From: Candidatus Fervidifonticultor sextus
GTDB taxonomy: Bacteria > Sysuimicrobiota > Sysuimicrobiia > Sysuimicrobiales > Humicultoraceae
Assembly: GCA_031459875.1 (NCBI GenBank)
Contig: JAVKHQ010000045.1
Span: forward strand, 1 to 18,074
DNA length: 18,074 nt
Reading direction: 5' to 3'
Shown: positions 17,055-18,074 of the stretch, piece after piece
Layout: each line of letters starts with the position of its first letter
Numbering within the stretch: position 1 is the first letter of the stretch
Translations under genes and position numbers: made by a program
Notes under the pieces: model-generated
The model's input: the letters and a program-made list of their open reading frames with translations, nothing else
Databases searched by the model: none
Told to the model about the DNA's origin: nothing

Positions 17055-17446
17055 CGCGACCCTCTCCACCCGTCGCGTCGGAGGAGGCTCACAAGTTCCT
17101 GCAAGAGATCCTTGATCCCGTCCCGGCGCAGGGAGTAGTAGGCCCACGTCCCCCGGCGCTCCACCTCCACCAGGCCGGCGTCCCGCAGGATCTTCAGGTG
17201 GTGGGAGACGGTCGGCTGGCTGAGCTCAAAGGCCTGCTGGATCTCGCAGACGCAGAGGGACTCGTGCCGTGCCAGCAACTCGACCATCTTCAGTCGGGTC
17301 TGGTCCGCCAGGGCCGCCAGGGACGCGGCCCGGGCTGTGATGTCGGCCTCATCGAATGCGGTGCGGGCCACGACGGAGGCGCAGTCGGTGGCGCAGCACC
17401 CGCGCACCGGGGCGGGAGGCTTCACGTCCGCGATCGTCTTTGCCAC
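17048..17446 (-). CDS. arsR: ArsR/SmtB family metalloregulatory repressor
   Basis: 132 aa, GTG start; ALADQTRLKMV, SLCVCEI, LSQPTVSHHLKILRDAGLV, RRGTWAYY. Confidence 0.93.
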   Translation of the reverse strand: MAKTIADVKPPAPVRGCCATDCASVVARTAFDEADITARAASLAALADQTRLKMVELLARHESLCVCEIQQAFELSQPTVSHHLKILRDAGLVEVERRGTWAYYSLRRDGIKDLLQELVSLLRRDGWRGSRC

Positions 17447-17452
17447 ACCCGC

Positions 17453-17481
17453 AGGCTAAACTATTTATCGAAATTTGTCAA
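17453..17481 (-). promoter_or_regulatory. sigma70-type promoter of the ars operon
   Basis: Minus strand: TTGACA (17481-17476), 17-nt spacer, TAGCCT (17458-17453), then 6 nt to the arsR GTG. Confidence 0.8.
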
Positions 17482-17488
17482 TATATTG
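17461..17488. promoter_or_regulatory. Putative ArsR operator (imperfect inverted repeat)
   Basis: CTATTTATCGA-aatttg-TCAATATATTG, 8 of 11 arm positions complementary; AT-rich island overlapping the -35 box and spacer. Confidence 0.7.
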
Positions 17489-17526
17489 CGCGCCAGCACG
17501 GAAGTCTTATTCCGGCAGGTAAGGAT

Positions 17527-17770
17527 ATGGACACCTGGCTCGCGCTTATTCAGGCGCCAAAGAAAGTACGAACCATCGCTCATGTTCGGATCAGAGGAAC
17601 AAGGTCGACTCCGAGACGCTGTCCCATCTGTTGCGACCGACCTCATCGCTGCCGGCCTACGCCCTGTCGAAGGAAGTCAGAGTGACCATTCGATCGTTTC
17701 CGGTCGCTCCACCGTCAGGATGGTTGGCTAGAGGATGGCCAAGAGGATCTCATTGACGTTCTCGCCAACT
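17527..17770 (+). pseudogene. Degraded IS110-family transposase fragment (end of the DEDD/RuvC-like domain)
   Basis: Joining frames gives PKKVRTIAHVRI / NKVDSETLSHLLR / TDLIA / PAYALSKEVR ... RMAKR / IDVLAN, recalling the IS110 pattern P..vr.ia....KxDkxDa..La.llr...lp..y.p. Several frameshifts and a stop. Recognised by eye; boundaries approximate. Confidence 0.6.
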
Positions 17771-17935
17771 CGTGGGCGCGCCGCTCCCTTACCCTACTTG
17801 AATGACTTGGCGGATCAGATGTAGCCGTCGCGGGAGTCAGACAGTGTTGGCCGTCTTCCAAAACGCCCACATGAGATGGCGGTTGACGTCTGGCCCCAGA
17901 GGTCGAGGGTGTCCCGAGGTTAGTGGAAAATCGAG

Positions 17936-18004
17936 GGAGCAGCGCCCCGGGTGGTGAACGGAATCTCTTGGGGAAGCCCAATACACCACGAAGGAGGCTG
18001 CTCC
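17936..18004 (+). repeat. Nested inverted repeats (long hairpin) enclosing the RBS of the terminal ORF
   Basis: GGAGCAGC 17936-17943 / GCTGCTCC 17997-18004; GTGGTG 17951-17956 / CACCAC 17984-17989; TTGGG 17968-17972 / CCCAA 17977-17981 with GAAG loop. Confidence 0.7.
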
Positions 18005-18074
18005 ATGCCCAAGGTACTGCGGATAGGTCAGGATGGCAAGGTGGGGTCGGGTAGCGCCGCAGGGCTGCCGGGCC
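18005..18074 (+). CDS. 5' fragment of a CDS, possibly a transposase (MPKVLRIGQDGKVGSGSAAGLPG...)
   Basis: AAGGAGG at 17991-17997, ATG at 18005, frame open to the window end; only 23 codons visible. Confidence 0.6.
   Translation, partial: MPKVLRIGQDGKVGSGSAAGLPG

Larger units (their letters stand above)
17905..18074 (+). mobile_element. Probable left end of an insertion sequence (IS256-like)
   Basis: Starts GAGGGTGTC..., resembling the GRG..TGT(C/A) termini of IS256-family elements; 100 nt later a strong RBS plus ORF held in a hairpin. Right end and catalytic domain are outside the window. Confidence 0.45.

Noticed and set aside
1129..17147. N-terminal extensions in the ORF track (to 2763, 4679, 5533, 16007, 17147; from 7385, 8587) that could suggest fusions or overlapping genes
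   Set aside because: Each extension overlaps a neighbouring real gene or promoter region; internal starts with SD sequences or stop/start overlaps explain the layout better.
15848..17446. Arsinothricin or arsenosugar biosynthetic cluster
   Set aside because: No radical-SAM gene (arsL/arsS) and no arsQ-type transporter in the window.
17527..17685. 52-codon Cys-rich ORF (…RCPICCDRPHRCRPTPC…) divergent from arsR, tempting as a metallothionein-like arsenic binder
   Set aside because: Its first part matches the IS110-like relic and the Cys-rich part is the off-frame reading after a frameshift; no independent support. Ribosome profiling could reopen it.
17715..17981. Minus-strand 88-aa ORF
   Set aside because: No SD, no motif, and it spans the presumed IS boundary; probably spurious.

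Overview
Very GC-rich bacterial DNA, mostly ordinary chromosomal metabolism, ending in a more AT-rich accessory tract. (1) A minus-strand cluster (7454->1): YeiH/PSE-family exporter, P1/DmpA-family Ntn peptidase, xylose-isomerase-like TIM-barrel protein, peptide/nickel ABC binding protein, two permeases and an M20 ArgE/DapE-like hydrolase that runs off the left edge and is absent from the ORF track. (2) A divergent plus-strand glcD-glcF-glcE (glycolate/D-lactate dehydrogenase-like) operon followed by a GH57 alpha-amylase/4-alpha-glucanotransferase. (3) A convergent minus-strand arsR-arsN2-arsM operon whose last gene overlaps (GTGA) the start of an Slt70-like lytic transglycosylase; it has a clear sigma70 promoter (TTGACA-17-TAGCCT) that predicts a leaderless arsR mRNA, overlapped by a palindromic putative ArsR operator. 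(4) Upstream of arsR, a frameshifted remnant resembling an IS110-family transposase, then the probable left end and first codons of another IS (IS256-like) whose RBS lies in a long hairpin. A shared bipartite motif (AGGGAATC-N11/12-CGCGAAC) precedes two genes of the catabolic cluster and looks like an alternative-sigma promoter. No rRNA, tRNA or CRISPR array was seen. All family calls come from motif recognition by eye, not from database searches.
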